Positions 12,664 through 27,088 of a DNA stretch of 64,000 nucleotides are shown piece by piece; the stretch's first letter is position 1; the number at the start of each line of letters is the position of its first letter. Location: NCBI RefSeq assembly GCF_006345805.1, contig NC_042998.1:161386001-161450000 (forward strand), read 5' to 3'. This DNA comes from Octopus sinensis (taxonomy: Eukaryota). The notes under the pieces are model-generated. The model did not search any database. It was given only the letters and a program-made list of their open reading frames with translations, and had not been told where the DNA came from. The translations under genes were made by a program, and so were the position numbers.

Positions 12664-15600
12664 AAGGGCTTCTTTCAGTTTTCAAATACCAAACTCATAA
12701 GGCTTTGGTTGGTTCAAAGGCTACAGTGGAAGACACTCACTCAAGATGTCATGCATTGACATTGAACTCAGAACCATGTAGTTGGGAAGCAAGCTTCTTA
12801 CCCCACCTTTTTTCTCACATTTCATAATGTATTGTATAATTAAGAAACAATTAGATTACATAATTATGACAAATACTTAAAACATGACTATAAATGACTG
12901 AAATGGTTAATCCAGCTTTTAAGTTCAACACACAGTCTGAGATGAAATCACTTGCTAAGCAAGTACAACTCGAAAGTATACATAGCAAAGAAAAAAGAAA
13001 CTACAGGAACATTGACTTAATAGACCAGGTTATGAAAGAATAATAATGCAACTGATTAATAACAGGTTAAATATAATGTAGTTCTTAGTGTCAGAAGAGG
13101 TATTCTGATGTTCTCTTCCTAGTGAAATAACTACAGCAGAAATACTTCAGAGTAAGCCATTCTACTGAGCACTCAATGGCCTTGTGAAGACCTTCAATAG
13201 AGTTCCTGGTAGACACTAAAGAAACTAAGCATAAATGCATTTCTTGTGATGGGTATGTAAGCCATGTACAGAACTGTAGTCAGTTTGGTAATGAGTACAG
13301 TGCTTAATTTAATGTGCATGTACGGGAAACCAAGAGGAAGAAGTACTCAGGCCTGTTTTGCTTATCATAGCTGTCCAGGTAATAGCAGAGGAGTTTAAGA
13401 CTGGTAGTCTACAGGAATTCTATACATTAGTGACTTAGTTTTATCCCTGAATCAGTTGAAGGTTAAATTGCAAGTGTAGAAACTAAACTTAGAACTGGAA
13501 GGCCTCAAAGTATATTTAGCACAGACTAAATTTTTAATAAGAAGGAAAGAAGAAAAGACCTGCTACAGCAAGAACATAGTCATATTCAATAAAGGAGAAA
13601 GAATATGTCAGCAAGTGCAATGTTTGATCAAAAAAGCTACTTGAAGTTGATTTCTATGCTGGCCACTGATTAACTTAAATGGTTATCATTGTGAACCAAA
13701 TATTTAATTGACATTTTGTTTAATTTCACATTCCTACTGATTGAACAAATTTATGATGATAGGTATTCCAACTGTAATTATGCTGTGTTTTATTCTGACA
13801 AAATTTATCTTGGACTATATATGTTTTATCTTTATTAAGATGGTAGTATATAATTTGTAGGCTGTTTCTTGTAGATTGAATGACAATATTAAGGATTTTT
13901 CATTGGCTCCATTTAGGGTTCTGATTTATAAAATATTATTGTCGATTTGTCTAAGATTCTGTTGAAATAGGAAGTTTGGGAAATTGTCTAAAAATAGGTT
14001 TGCATGTTTATGAAAATAACATCTACTATTGATTCCAATCCTGTCACTTTCTTTCACTCTAAGGGGACTGGATTTGACTTAATGTAGAACAGATTTCTAT
14101 TTTCAAAACTTTTAGACACAGATATTAATTTGAAAGACAAGTGATAACTGGATATATTAATATGTAAAGAAAGAAAGAAAGAAGCAATCTTTATATGGAG
14201 CCGTTTAGTTTACTTTAGGCATAAAAATCTGATAAAATTTAATTTTCTTTTTGTGTCAACTGGAAAACTAGCAATGTGTAAATTTCAGTATTGGTGTAAA
14301 ATAAAATAGCACAAAATTTGTTCTGTTCAGAAAGAGAATACAACAGAATTGAAATTCTTCAAAGCCTGTATCTGCATTCTTCATTATATATCTTTAACTA
14401 AATCAGATATTCTTTAAGAAAGAGCTAGGAAGAAATTCTGAAATGAATAATAACTAGATATGAATATCTTAGTTTTGAATGAGATCATTAATTAACATTG
14501 TAGAGCACACAATGGTAACTATAAATAGCAATGGTAATTTACACATGTCTTTGAGACTGAAAGTTTTAGCTTGTATTTCGATAGAAACACGTTGATAGAA
14601 TTTAATAACAATTCACATGACTTAGTCAAGCAACTCTACATGATAATCAACAAATAAACTAAAACTATATATAGATTCCATAGGATTTAGTATCAACCAA
14701 GTTGTTAATTTTCCTTGTAATCAGAGTACTAGAATGAAATCTGACACCTGAAAATTAGAAATAAAATTTACTTTTTAATTGATATTTTTATGGTGCTATC
14801 ACTTGATAGTTTTAAAAATTTGAATTTTTACACTAAATTTTGGACAATCATGACATTTTAAGTGAATTTAGCAAGATACAGGATTTTGGGATCTTTTCTG
14901 TTGCTGTCACAGTTTTTCAAATTTTAAAATTATGTGAGAATTTTCAAATTTGGTATATAAATGTAATTTTTCACACTGAATCTGATTTTGTTACTCACTT
15001 GTTCCAGAGAAATTTTAGAAAAATGTTACAGAGGATTAAAGCTTGATAATTTTTACTCAATCAGAAAACAGGATTTGGAAGCTGGCATTTTGTGCGTGAT
15101 AGCGGTCTCTGACAACATTATGACGACAAACTTGTAAGAAGTTTTGAAGTTTTAATAAGTTTTAATGAATAAAGTCATGTGAAATGTTGTTACAGGCAGG
15201 TAAACAATATATAAATGAAAAATCATCAATGATTTTCTTTTGCAAAAAATTACAAAAATACAAAAGTTATGAAAATGAGGTAATGACAGAACAACTGAAA
15301 ATATCTCTTCATTTCTTCATAAAGCACAGGTAAAAATGACAAAAATGATTAGCATTACTATCACTAATAAATACTACTGGTTTTAATTTTGATTTTTAAT
15401 AAATTTCGTTCATTATAGATGCTAAGAATAAGAACTAAGCTTTAAAAAATAAGTCATGGGGTCGATTTCTCTTACTAAAAATCCTTCAAGGTGGTGCTCC
15501 AGCATGGCCACAGTCAAATTACTGAAACAAGTAAAAGGTAAAAGATAAAAGCTATATGAAATAAAGCAAGAGCTTGCTTTTAACCAATTGTTTTAAATTC

Positions 15601-15734
15601 ATGCTAAGTGTTCCACAAAGTGAGCTAATCTGTAAAACTGAAATATTTATTGATGTCTTCTAATCAACATGAATAAATCTAAAGTGTAACTTTATACAAT
15701 AACATGCAAAAATTAAATGTATCTTTTATGTCTT

Positions 15735-15960
15735 TTATTATTTACTTGCTTTAGTTATTGAACTGAAGCCATACTGGGGCACCACCTCAAAGGGTTTAAT
15801 TGAACAAATTGACCCTGGTACTTATTTTATCAGTCTTTTGGCTGAACTACTAAGTTATAAGAGCTTAAACAAATCAACATCTGTTGTCAAAGGGTGAGGG
15901 TGGGGATAACTATAAACACAAAGACACACACACATGCTCAAGACACTCACACAAGCACTC
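15735..15960 (-). mobile_element. SINE family A 3' half
   Basis: 'tttacttgctttagttatt...gccatactggggcaccacctcaaaggg...ctgaactactaagttat' is the reverse complement of the family A tail. Confidence 0.65.
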
Positions 15961-15963
15961 ATA

Positions 15964-16004
<41 letters not shown>

Positions 16005-16005
<1 letters not shown>

Positions 16006-16310
16006 GAGGCGCAATGGCCCAGTGGTTAGGGCAGCAGACTCGCAGTCGTAGGATTGTGGTTTCGATTCCCAGAATGTTTATTAAGCAAAAACACCTAAAG
16101 CTTCACGAGGCTCCAAGAGGTGGTGGCGAACCCTGCTGTACTCTTTCACCATAACTTTCTCTCATTCTTTCTTCCTGTTTCTGTTGTATCTATATTTCAA
16201 AGGGCCAGCCTTGTCACACTCTGTGTCATGCTGAATCTCCTCAAGAGCTACGTTAAGGGTACACATGTCTGTGGAGTGCTCAGCCACTTGCATGTTAATA
16301 GATGAGCTGC
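16005..16310 (+). mobile_element. tRNA-derived SINE family C
   Basis: A box 'tggcccagtgg' (16015-16025) and B box 'ggtttcgattccc' (16058-16070). Its body 'ttaagggtacacatgtctgtggagtgctcagccacttgc' is shared with 4500-4555 and, on the minus strand, 39370-39415. Confidence 0.8.
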
Positions 16311-18671
16311 ACATTAATAAATGTGTCTTAGCCACACAGCCATTCTTGTATCTGCATACTTAGTTGCATGAATTAATTAACTTTATCTGAATTATTACAA
16401 CTTATAAAGAAAGTATAGTATTTACAATATAATCTCTTTGAGTCACTAAAACAATCTCTAAATGGGTGCTTGATCTGTTAAAAATAGCAGGCAATTTTCC
16501 CTCAAATTACCCCCATACAGACTTATAGGGAAAAAATGGATAAAAAAGGATATACACTGTTTGAAAAATGGATGGGTGGTTGTAGCTGGAATGTCCATAA
16601 CCATAGGTCTATTGTTCAGTCAGCACTGATCTGGTACTAATCAACGATAACATAATCACTTTATAATGATATTTATATTGAAAATATTCCTCCAAGTAAG
16701 TCTATTAATGTTAAGATATCTGTTAATATTGTTATTAACTTCAAAATGACTTTGCAATAATCCTACCCATGCATTTACAACAATTACATTATTCTGTAAG
16801 CAGACTGCTATTTTCCAGCCAGAATTCAAATTGTTTTGAGTATTTCTTTTTCAAATCTCTTAATTGACAGACTAATGCAATGCAATAAATAAATAAATAA
16901 ATCACTACCTCTAAAAATACACCCAATTTCAGAATACAATTGCCAGTGCTGAAATGACTTTAGTTCATATATTTTTAACCTAAAGCTTCTCTTCATCATT
17001 TAAGTTAACGGGTGATTTTTACAAGCAAGCCTGTCAGAAGTTCATTTTTGTTGTTGTTAGTATTCTGTTACTACATCATTGTCACCAATCGATATTTAGC
17101 AGTGTCCTTCCACCATATTTTTTAATTAATTTCCTTGGCAGAGTAAGGCAACGAGAACAGAGATTCTTCAAGACATAGGTTGTTAGTCTTAGCTCATTGA
17201 TTTGAATTTTTTCAATTATAAAAATCTTATTAATCTTTTCAATAATTTATATTGATATTTTCAGCATTTTCCTTTATTTTGACTGTAAAATCCCCTCATT
17301 GTCTTTTTTTTAAATAATTCTTCTCTTTTATAATGAAAAGTTATATTATACTAAATTATGCTTATTTTAAACATATGTAGCATTTACTGAATCAAATTAA
17401 TAGCATGATTAAATCTATTGAATTGAATTTACAATACATAACCACTTGGAAAAGAAATCAGACACAACCCATTGTCATAGTTGTATCAAAGATGATATAG
17501 AGAAAATATCATTTTATAAGTAAAAGATATTTAAACATCTGGCAAATCTATGGAAGTGTTTATAATGTATGTATCAATATTTTCTATTGATTTCATTGCA
17601 CACTCTACTGTTTTTTTTTAATCTTGTTTTGTTGTAATCACTTAATGAATAATTTATTGTCAATGTTGATATAATTCCGCAGAGATATAGGCTACAGAAC
17701 AAACAATTAATTCAGTTGTTTCCCAAGCTGCAAATGTGTCATTTTCAATTTTACATGAAATATCAATATGGCTTCATAGTAAGAAGAAAGATTTGTTTGT
17801 GTTTGACTAGTTTAACATAATCAGTGATTCACAAACTCATTGTAATTCTTTTTTAAATATTTTCACATCCATTTGCATTTTCTCTCACTGGTTTGGGAGT
17901 TCAGTTTTCTGCAAGTAAGAGTCCAATCTTAATCTTCACTGATGTTTGTATGAAGATGCCAAAATTAGTTAATTGAGATGGTAAAAGAAGAAAGTCTTAC
18001 AGATCATTGGCAACAGTGCTGATGGTTGTATGGCTCAATGAAGGCTGGAATAATTATTTAAAAAATTCTGTGTTGCAAGATTAAACGAAGCTTACAATAA
18101 TAACATTTACTTATATGCTCCTGTTCTTGTATCGTACAATGATAACCAAGGTCTAATGTGTGAGAAGAAATACTTGCTAGATCTACTGAAATGTGTTAAC
18201 TATTCCATGAAGTGATGAAAATTACTTGTTTCGTTTTTCAGAAAATAACCATTATTATAATCATTAAAAACATTGGCTGTAAACATAACAAGCAAAATTG
18301 GCTTATAATTGCCAGTTCTTCTCAGTAAAAATGCAATTTTTAGAACAGTATAATTTTTCTAAAAATTTTTGATGTTTCTATTGCTTATCCCTATATTTAA
18401 GATAATTTTTTTTATCTTTTGAAGAAGATTTCATGAAATAGCAGCTTAATAAGAGTATTTAAATACCAAATTATATTTTAAGAGTTCAAAAAATCATTTT
18501 ATACACTGCATTATCTCCTTATCTATGTGAACCTAAATAATCTGGCAGGGCCTGCAAAGAACATGTGTACTGTTCTTATTTTGACTAATATAAAAAAAGA
18601 AAGGCAAGTCATATTTCTTTTCTTAATTTAACAATTATGTAGAGTAAACATTAGTTACACTTTTAGTTTAA

Positions 18672-18898
18672 CCCTTTTGATGCCAACCCACCCGAGACTG
18701 CCCCTGGCTCTGTAGTACAAAAGTCTTGTTTTCAAAAGTTCTGATTTAAAATCTTCCATCGAAACTTGGTTTTGATTTATGTTCTTAACACTAGCTCAAA
18801 AATAAACAAAGTTATTTTACTAAATTCTTTGTTACATTGAAAATTAATTGAAATAAACACAGAATATCTCAACAGAGATATGGTAGGTAATGAAAGGG
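18672..18898. mobile_element. piggyBac-like MITE
   Basis: TTAA followed by CCCTTT on the left (18668-18677); AAAGGG followed by TT on the right (18893-18900). Confidence 0.65.
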
Positions 18899-19183
18899 TT
18901 GTGCACTAATAAAGTTCACACTTATGCTTACATTGCTTAAATTACCAACTCATGTCTAACATGGTAAGATAGACATTAAATGATTTATATATCTGACTTG
19001 ATGGATTCTCCAAAACATGACCATTATTTAATGTCTTTTTTTATTGTTTCTGATTTATTTTAATTTTAGTTGTATAACTCTCTCCAAATAAAGGAAATGG
19101 CTGTATGAAAAAAGAAAAGGTCACTCTCTGTGTTCAGAAAAATTCTTTATGTTAGACTCTAGAAACGAAATAGAAATTTATTT

Positions 19184-19624
19184 AGGTGCAGGCTTGGCTG
19201 TGTAGTAAGAAGTTTGCTTCCCAACCACATAGTCTGGGTTCAGTTTCCACTAGGTGGCACCTTGGGCAAGTGTTTCTATGATAGCCTTAGGAAAACAAAA
19301 GTCTTGTGAGTGGATTTGGTTGATGGAAACTGAAAGAATCCATCGTATGTATGTATGTATGTATGTATGTATGTGTGTGTGTGTGTGTGTGTGCGTTCAC
19401 TGTTGTGCGTCTGTGTTTGTCCCCACCACCCCTTCACAACTAGTGTTGGTGTGCTTACGTCCCCATAATTTAGTGGTTCAGCAAAAAACGCCAATAGAAT
19501 AAGTACCAAGCTCTAAAATACAAGTTTTAGGGTGAATTCATTCAACTAAAAGTTCTTCAAGATGGTGCCCCAGGATGGCCACAGTTTCTAATGACTGAGA
19601 CAAGTAAAAGATGAAAGATGAAAA
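19184..19624 (+). mobile_element. Full-length SINE family A
   Basis: Head, CORE-like segment, (TATG/TG)n and tail are collinear with 3871-4301. Confidence 0.85.
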
Positions 19625-20008
19625 ATATTAGAAATGTTCAGACATTTAATTCTGCCTTTTCACTGTTATTGTTAACCATTGTTGATCTGATATCAGTTGA
19701 TGGTGCTTTAATAGCATAGGAATAAGTTTCGACATAATTTCTGTTGAGTTTGTTTTTTTCATTTAAGCTAAACTAAAATTGGTTGATTTCAAAACTACAG
19801 CCACTTTTCTTCCATCACATCAAGTTTTTTTTGTTAAACAGGAATTCATTTTTTTTACCAAAACAGGCCAATTTTGCCATTAATTGCAACACTGAAATAA
19901 GAAACAAACACAAACCAAACAGTACTTTCCATCGTTTAACAAATGTATTACACAAAATGTTTAATTACACATCTTAAGATAGATATTTCTATCAAACTGG
20001 AGTTGCTG

Positions 20009-20667
20009 CTACACAAGGAGTGCTTTGCTTGAATAACTTGCATCATGACAGTCACTTTGCAGAAATCAGCAGTAGTCAGCCACCATGTTTGTGTCCCATC
20101 TAACTTGATACCTAGTCTCCATGGTATTGATGTCTTGGTGGAATCTTTCTCCTTGCTCATCACTTATTACACTATGATTTTCAAAAAATACACTTTTACA
20201 TTAATTTTGCAACCTAATACTTGAAAACTGGTTAGCAGGGTTTGCACAAGTTTTCCATAATTTGATGGCTTCCTGTTTCCCAGGAAATCAGACATAACTG
20301 CAGCAAAAGTATTCCAAACGTCTTTTTCCATGCCAGATATGGTCTCCAGAAAGTGCTTATCCTGCAATAACTACCTAATCTGTGGCTCATCAAACACAAG
20401 CCTTAATTTTCTCACAAAACAAAGCTGGAAACTTTCTGCTTTAGTATTTGAAACAACGGTTGTCTCAGTGTTTTAACATATTTCACAAACTATACAGAGT
20501 GTCTAGGCATTGTTTTGGTCACCCAGTTTCATGCCAATGTAAGTAAAGTAAGCTTTCTTAACAATATCTGTGATTTTGTTTCACTGCTGAGGTAAAGTGT
20601 AACATTCACAAATATAGCAGAAGTCACTGGGGCTATTTTTGCATTTTGTTTCCTCACAACTAACCAT
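20009..20667 (-). pseudogene. Internally deleted, decayed Chapaev3-like transposase
   Basis: N-terminus MVSCEETKCKNSPSDFCYICECYTL...KKAYFTYIGMKLGDQ is joined to ...QIR*LLQDKHFL...FLGNRKPSNY...GCKINVKVYF...SDEQGERFHQDINTMETRYQVRWDTNMVADYC. It has stops and frameshifts, and is homologous to 57293-57894. Confidence 0.75.
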
Positions 20668-22584
20668 ATTTTTGAGGTACAAGACAATATATTCAAGCCA
20701 GTTATCACCCAAGAAAAACATTTTCAGAACTATCAACAGTTATAGAGTAAGTAAATGCAGGTTTGTGATGGCAAAGTTCCATAAGGAGCATATATACCAT
20801 GAAGGTCTTCCTACAGTTCTTTGACCATGCCAAATAAAAAAAATGACCTTAACTCATGTGACTTCACAAAACATTAAGAGTGCATTCAAAATGCCAATTT
20901 TCATAAATTGCTAAAGTTTGATAAAATATGTTTCACCTCTTTAGAAACAGTGACTATACTGGAAATAGTGAAAGATGGACATTTGAGTTTTTGAAAAATA
21001 TTGACTTGATAGATCAAAATGGATTTCATTTTTGAAATTACCACCCTAAAATTACTAGGAAACATTTCTTCAACATCAGATAACATAAACCATGTTTCCC
21101 CGTGTAAATATTGATTTTATTCCAGCTTTTCTATGGTTTTTCTTTTTTTCCTCTTTCCTACCATGGTTCCATTCCTCTTTCCTACCATGGTTCCATTCCA
21201 TGATGATTTTTGTGTGATGGTTGTCTGTCATCCTAATGTGCCATGCCCATGTCATTTTTTTCTCTTTTACAGTGGAAAAGATATCATTTACCTTTCTCCA
21301 TTCTCTTATTTATCGTGTATGTAAAGGATCACAAAAAGGGAGCTGCAAAAACATAGATAATGTTACATGACCAATAGACATGTGGGATACATCTCAGTAT
21401 ACCATCAACACTTTCCCCAGTTATGGGTCAAATAATACTGTCCAACCTTCTTCAGTTAACCAGTGTGGACTTTAAGATATGTTTCATAACAAAAAAACAA
21501 AACAAAAAAAAATGCATGGATATTCATATTTGCAAAGTAATTTAGCATGTAAAATTAATTTTTTTCAAAAGTTTTAATTATTTGACAATATTATGGAAGA
21601 AAATTTTCAGTGTTTTATTTAGTTTCATAATGTAATTTGTCAAAACGTTTGTCACCAAAGTTTTTAATCAAATTAAAAGCATTGTTCAATAGAAACTTGT
21701 ATTTAGTTAAATTTCATTCTATTCTTTCTGTACAACCTTGTCAGAATTGAATACTTCTTTCATCGTTCCCAGGTCTATAAAACATGTATCTATTTCACCA
21801 CTATATACTACTTTGATTGTTATTACCACTTTAAGGTTGTTGTTGCTGTTTAGGTTGTCTTCTCACCACACCAGATCACCCCTGATCAATGTCGTTCCAA
21901 CCATGACTATACCGTTTTACAATGATACATCTTAGACTATATCATCTACATCCTTTCCTGACAGAGTGCACATTAAAAGAAATTTGATTATTATTTTTCC
22001 AGCTGGAGTCTGGTGCAGCCTTCCAGTATGTCAGCCCTGTCAAATCGTCTAACCTGTGCTAGCATGAACAACGGACTTTAAATGATGATGATGATAACAC
22101 ATCATGATAAGGTTTCCGTCTTGATAAAACTAATACCAATCCATATAAAGAAGGTGGGTTTTGATCAACTATATATTTTCCTTATAAATGTCATGGTCTT
22201 GTGTCAGAGTAAAATATTTCAGGAAGGTCAAGAAGGCTGTGTTTCATTCTTCTATAAAAATATAAATTGAAATTTGAAAACATTTTCTAGGAAGCAGCTT
22301 AATTTAGCGTCATCATGAAGCAAAAGAAAATAAAAGTGATCAAAATATGTATGAATCTCATGTGACAAAAATGGATGAAGAGAATGTAATAGAATGTTGC
22401 CTTTCATGTGTTGCATGATTGATTGAACTCCCAAGTATAATAGCTTCATTTTGTGTTATTTTTGGAGACAAACATTTATCGAGGCAAGCAGACCAATGAA
22501 CATTGTTGGTCATAATTATTTAATGATGGGTAGCCTGGATATTATGTATTTAGTATCAAAATACAATTACTGAAATGAAGCAGC

Positions 22585-22587
<3 letters not shown>

Positions 22588-22636
<49 letters not shown>
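22588..22636. repeat. (CT)n microsatellite
   Basis: Directly visible. Confidence 0.95.
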
Positions 22637-22638
<2 letters not shown>

Positions 22639-24058
22639 ACACACACCCACACCCACACATACACAGCCATACATGCAAACACATACACTCACCACCCTCA
22701 TCTGAAGCTTAAGCTTGTGTTACATTTTGACACATCTGAAAATATTTCTGAAATATTTCAGAGAGTGTATTTTTAGTTTCTATTGTTTATTTATTATTCA
22801 ATAAATATTTGTGTATGAGATTAAGTTTTTAACGATGAACATAAATCAATAAGGTTTTTTTTCTCTTTCTTTTCTTTTCCTCTCTTTCTCTCTCTATATA
22901 AAAAAAGTCATAGCAAGATATTATAAAGATTAAGATATTAATGTTCTTTAAACACTTACAATTAGAGCATGATAATCACTATTCTTGGATAACATATAGT
23001 AATACATTTTTAAAATATATTAAAAGTACATTTCATTTGATCAGATCGTTAGGTATTAACAAGTTTTAGGATTATCCTAATAATTATTATTTGTAAAAAG
23101 GAAATCTTTAGTTTTAAAATTCTTTCTTTCTTCCTTTTCCTTTAGTCAGCTATTCTAGAATGGTAAAATAATAAATAAATGCTTTCTTTTTGTCTTCTTC
23201 TTCATATTATAGAGTCAAATAGGAATTCCTAACTCATAGACTTATAAGCTGAAGTAAAATCTATTATATTTTAATCTATGAATAACCACTGAAACCATGT
23301 CATTGAGGAAAAGCTATTAAGTTGAAGCCATACCAGACAAGAAAACAGAACATTTTTGTTGAAGCAAATAAGGAATTTTACTGAATATATTAACATGGAA
23401 TAAATTTGTTCTTTTTTCTTCTTTTTTTTTGTTGCATCACACCTTCTTACTTGAAGTAGGAACAATGGTGATACCTGTTGTTGAAGCAGAAATCAAATAA
23501 CATAGTTTGAAACAATCTATATTATTTGCATTGCTCATTAAGGGTGCTTATTGATTTCAGCATTTTTGAGCTAAAACTGCACCAATCCCAAATATTGGAA
23601 AAGTGATCGACAGTAACTGGAAACAGTCAGATTATTATAAAGTTTTCATATAACATTTCACCTGAGATAAAAATAAACCCAGTTTCATCAGACATAGCTT
23701 AAAAGAGGGTTTGGGAATATCTTTGCTGGAAACAGAATATTATCATTTTTGGATTTATAGAAACAGTTAGTGAAGATATAAGACTCTGCTTCAGCCCATG
23801 GTTGACTAGAAATACTGTTGATAATTTCATGTTCATCTTGTAAATATTTATAAGATATGAAAAAAGGTCTTGAACCTGTAAATCATGGTTGGTCAGAATC
23901 AATTCTATTGACAATTCCAGGAATATTTCTTTTTTTGCTGGCAAGTACTTATGTTTACTGACCTTCAAAAGGCAAGATGAATTTGGCAAGGTTTGAACTC
24001 ATAAAGTTCAGAGAATTGAACTAAATAGCATAGTCTTTTTCTGGTGCTTTACTGTTTC

Positions 24059-24448
24059 TTATTTCTTTATTGCCCACAAGAGGGAACAAACAAGGACAGA
24101 CAAAGGGATTAAGTCAATTACATCGACTCAAGTGTGTAACTGGTACTTAAGTTATCAACCCCGAAAGGATGAAAGGCAAAGTCGACCTCAGTGGAATTTG
24201 AACTCAAAATGTAACGGCAGATGAAATACCTATTTCTTTACAACCCACAAGGGGCTAAACACAGAGGAGACAAACAAGGACAGACAGACGGATTAAGTTG
24301 ATTATATTGACCCCAGTGCGTAACTGGTACTTAATTTATCGACCCCAAAAGGATGAAAGGCAAAGTCGACCTCAGTGGAATTTGAACTCAAAAACGGAAC
24401 AGCAGATGAAATACTGGCATGCTAGAGTTTCTGCCAGCTCACTGTCTT
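24059..24448 (-). mobile_element. Head-to-tail dimer of SINE family B
   Basis: Two consecutive ~170-bp units joined at 'gaaatac|ctatttc' (24229/24230), with a single head remnant at 24410-24448. Confidence 0.85.
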
Positions 24449-26449
24449 ACTGCTTCTACCAATCTGCTGCCCTTCTACTTAATACATAATAACAACTGGA
24501 CAGACTGAATCAGATGAGTTTCTTTGTTATAGGGGCAGCATAGTACATGTGATAGACTATGAACCAACTGCCATTTTGCTTGTAGATTGATTCCTTATCA
24601 ACTTACCATACTGTAATTCATTTTATTTTAATATCATTAATATTGATCATTATCATTATCAGCAGCAGAAGTTTATGGTCATAGAAGTTTGAAGGCCTTA
24701 ACCTCAAATAACATAATGTTAGTTTGCATGTTATTCACTGTACCACCTATCACTACATGCATAAAAACTGTTGTTCTAGAAGAGAAATTACTGAGAGTGG
24801 TTGAAAAATGATAAATGAAGTCAAAGAAATTGAAAGAAAAAAGAGAAAGAAAGAACAGCATACACATTTAACTTAATTTCTCTTATCACTTCATCTCTCT
24901 CTTTCTTAATCTTTTTCAGTCTGATTATTTCTCTCTCTATTTCTATCTCACTTTCTGCTTATCTCTCTTTTTTTGTTCTAAATCGCTCTCTACTTCTGTC
25001 TCTGCTTCAATCCCTCTTCTTCAACTCTCATTGCCTCCTCTTTCTCTCTCTCTTTCTTTCTTACTCTTAATCTCTTTCTTTCTCCTCTCTACAGACATTA
25101 TGCAATCAAACACACTCTAAGAACCAAAACAAAACTTCAAACATTCAGGTCATGTAGTCAGGTAGAAGTGTTTCAAATTTACAATAAATTCTTCGATTTA
25201 AAAAAAAAAAAAACTATTCTTAATAATTAGTTAAAAGTTAATATGGACAAAGTTAGAATTTAAAAACAAAAGAAAAAAATTGAAATCTATATTAAATTGT
25301 TAATGCTACCACTGTATTTCATCTATTTTTTTTTTTTTTGATATGTTGAAAGAAATTATTTTTTTGCTCTTAATTAACAAAAAGACATAAAAATATTTTG
25401 AAAAATTATTGAAGATTTTTATGAAATTTGTTGCAGTTTTTTAATTGTTTGAAATGTGGCTTTTCAAGAATACTTTATTCTTGTCATGTATTTCAATATT
25501 ATGACCATTAGTCTTGATAAAGTTTGTCACAAGTTACAAAATATGCCAAATCTTATTTTACCATTTCTTATGAATAATAAAATATTTTTCTTCCGTACAA
25601 TATGCACACATGCACACACACACACATGCACACACACACATGCATGTAGACCTGCACTTTCACATATGCACACACACACACATTTATATACATATATGTG
25701 TGTGTTGTGTGTATATTATATGCATACATTATATACATATGTATATGTATATGTGGATGTTTGTATAAACAATTGCACACACATATTATATCTCATATAA
25801 ATACATACACGCACACACACACACACATACACATACATATGTATATATATATGTAAACACATATGTATACATATATATACATGTGTGCATATGCGTATGT
25901 ATATATATTTATGCATGCATGATGTACACACATACATTGTCTATATGGAGATAAAAATAAATGCAGATACACTGTTTGTCATATTAAATGCAATTATGTG
26001 AATGCAATCAAAAGGTATACCCCATAAGATACAAGAATATCTAAAAAGATAAATTTCAGTCTCCTTTCCCATTTTGAATTTTTATGACACTAAGTGATTT
26101 ATACCAATTCTCTTTTTCTCATTTTTAATAATTTATTTTATATTACAATGAAAAATTAAGTACTCATATCTCACCCATGTTAGTTCTGAAATTTATGCCG
26201 CATCTTCCTAAGTTAATTTTCTATTATTTGATGATGTGAAGCTGTAATTAACCAAAACATTTTGAATTTTTGTTTGCTTAAATTTTATTTGTTTTTCATA
26301 TTGATGTCTAACTAAATTTTGCATCTACACTGTCAGTACTTGTAGTCATGATAAACAAGTTGTATGATAGAGAATTTCTATCTTTAGAATTCACATAACA
26401 TTTCATATTGGGGGAACCAAGTTAATCTTTTGGCACAAATTTATCAAAT

Positions 26450-26834
26450 AGGCACGAGTACAATTGTATAGTAAGAAGCTTACTTCCCAATCACATGGTT
26501 TTGGGTTCATCCCCACTGTGTGGCACTTTGGGCAAGTATCTTCTACAATAGCCTCAGGCTGACCAAAGCCTTGTGAGCAGATTTGGTATATATATATGTA
26601 TGTGTGTGTGAGTGTGTGTGTTTGTCCTCCACCATTGCTTGACAACTGGTTTACTTTGTAGTTCAGCAAAAAGAGAATATACATAAGTACCAGGCTTAAG
26701 CAAAAATAAAAAATGGTACTCGGCACTTATTAATCAACTGGGTTGATTCATCAACTAAAAGTTCTTCAAGGTAGTGTCAAAGCATGGCGACAGTCTGATG
26801 CCTGAAACAGGTAAAAAAGAAAGGTAAAAGATAA
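26450..26834 (+). mobile_element. SINE family A
   Basis: Collinear with the other family A copies, with internal deletions. Confidence 0.8.
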
Positions 26835-26970
26835 CTTAAAATATATCCATGTAGCCTTCTTGGTAATATAATACATGAGTAAAAACTAGAGACACTCCTA
26901 ATTCTACATTTCATCTTTTCAGTGGAAAATAACTCAGGTTGAAATTATTGAGATACATTCAGCTTTGTTT

Positions 26971-27023
<53 letters not shown>

Positions 27024-27088
27024 ATATATATGTATATATATATTATATATATATATTATATATATATATATTATATATATATATTTAC

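Larger units (their letters stand above)
11900..12807 (-). mobile_element. SINE family A copy with a Penelope-like fragment inserted in its internal (TA)n
   Basis: Tail at 11900-12140, (TA)n, foreign insert at about 12321-12530, more (TA)n, then head at 12664-12807. Confidence 0.75.

Noticed and set aside
13080-13210. SKPFY*ALNGLVKTFNRV, resembling the Ty3/gypsy integrase motif PYHPQSNGLVERFNR
   Set aside because: It is too short and degraded, and no flanking integrase motifs could be read confidently.
16005-16075. tRNA-like sequences (also the heads of families A and B and 43311-43385)
   Set aside because: They have A and B boxes but no complete cloverleaf or acceptor stem, and they continue into repeat bodies, so they were treated as SINE heads and not tRNA genes.
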